Under the pieces are notes generated by a model, which saw only the letters and a program-made list of their open reading frames with translations, did no database searches and had not been told where the DNA came from. A stretch of 64,000 nucleotides of DNA from an uncultured delta proteobacterium (GTDB taxonomy: Bacteria; Desulfobacterota; Binatia; UBA9968). The stretch lies in contig CAVUVW010000011.1 of assembly GCA_963745035.1 (NCBI GenBank), positions 64,001-128,000 of the forward strand, given 5' to 3'. The number at the start of each line of letters is the position of its first letter. Position 1 is the first letter of the stretch. The position numbers and the translations under genes were made by a program. Below, in pieces: positions 63,341-64,000 of the stretch.

Positions 63341-64000
63341 ATGAAGCGCTGGCAAATTATGGTCATCGCGGCCGTCGTCGTTCTGGCGATGGCGGTGATC
63401 GTCGGGTATCGAATCGGCGTGCAAATGCTCCACGACAAAGTCGTTGCCGCGCTCGGGAGCGGCAGCCGCTTGACGGAGCTGAAGGTCAATTGGTTCACGA
63501 TCGAATTGCTCGGGCTCAGCATCGACGCTCCCAAAGGATGGCCGGCGGCGCGCACATTCGAAGCGGAGCGGGTGATCATAACTCCCGATCTTCGCACCCT
63601 GTTTACTAGAAAAAACCGGATCTTTTCCATCGTCGTCGAAAAGCCTTACATGTCGATCCTGCGCAATCCAGCCAAACTGGTGTTGGTTCCCAGTTTGACG
63701 GAACGGCAGGAACCGGCGCAATCGACAGAATCAAGCGCTCATGAGATAGAAATCTCAAGGATCGAGCTCAAGAACGGCAGCTTGGATTTCTATGACGCCA
63801 CGGTGAGCCGGCCACCTTATAAGACCAGAATTGAAGAAATCGATGCGCTGATCAAAGACGTCGCGACCCCCGCGGCCGACAAAACCCACTTCGAGCTGAC
63901 TGGAATTGTAAAAGGAGTGCGGCGCGATGGTCGAGGCAAGGTGCGCGGCTGGGTCGGGCCGGCGGCCAGGGACTCTTCGTCGCAGATCACCCTCGAAGCG
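63341..64000 (+). CDS. DUF748/AsmA-like membrane-anchored protein, 5' part (runs off the window)
   Basis: Open frame from ATG 63341 (MKRWQIMVIAAVVVLAMAVIVGYRIG...) to the window end; absent from the ORF track; family call is by pattern only. Confidence 0.65.
   Translation, partial: MKRWQIMVIAAVVVLAMAVIVGYRIGVQMLHDKVVAALGSGSRLTELKVNWFTIELLGLSIDAPKGWPAARTFEAERVIITPDLRTLFTRKNRIFSIVVEKPYMSILRNPAKLVLVPSLTERQEPAQSTESSAHEIEISRIELKNGSLDFYDATVSRPPYKTRIEEIDALIKDVATPAADKTHFELTGIVKGVRRDGRGKVRGWVGPAARDSSSQITLEA

Overview
GC-rich bacterial DNA, almost entirely catabolic and accessory genes: about ten solute-binding proteins with no permease, amidohydrolases, LLM oxidoreductases, alpha/beta hydrolases, UbiD, a TPP enzyme, SDR and AKR. 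This profile resembles Binatota (Ca. Binatia); that assignment is inference only. About 13 otherwise intact genes carry single-base frameshifts, which suggests an unpolished long-read assembly. Main points: (1) a minus-strand flavin reductase / SBP / GrdE-like / selenocysteine GrdB-like / LLM monooxygenase run, with an in-frame UGA followed by a SECIS-like hairpin, no grdA/C/D/trx in the window, and no canonical GrdE cleavage motif; (2) a ptxABCD phosphite uptake and oxidation operon with a three-unit Pho-box-like operator; (3) repeated diverged fragments of neighbouring genes (UbiD, TPP enzyme, an SDR::hydrolase chimera joined at a microhomology) plus katG, mscS, brnT and IS1182 stubs; (4) a mobile-element hotspot at 21.2-23.2 kb marked by GGGGTCA motifs and a MITE; (5) several families of palindromic intergenic repeats. 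No rRNA, tRNA or CRISPR array was seen.
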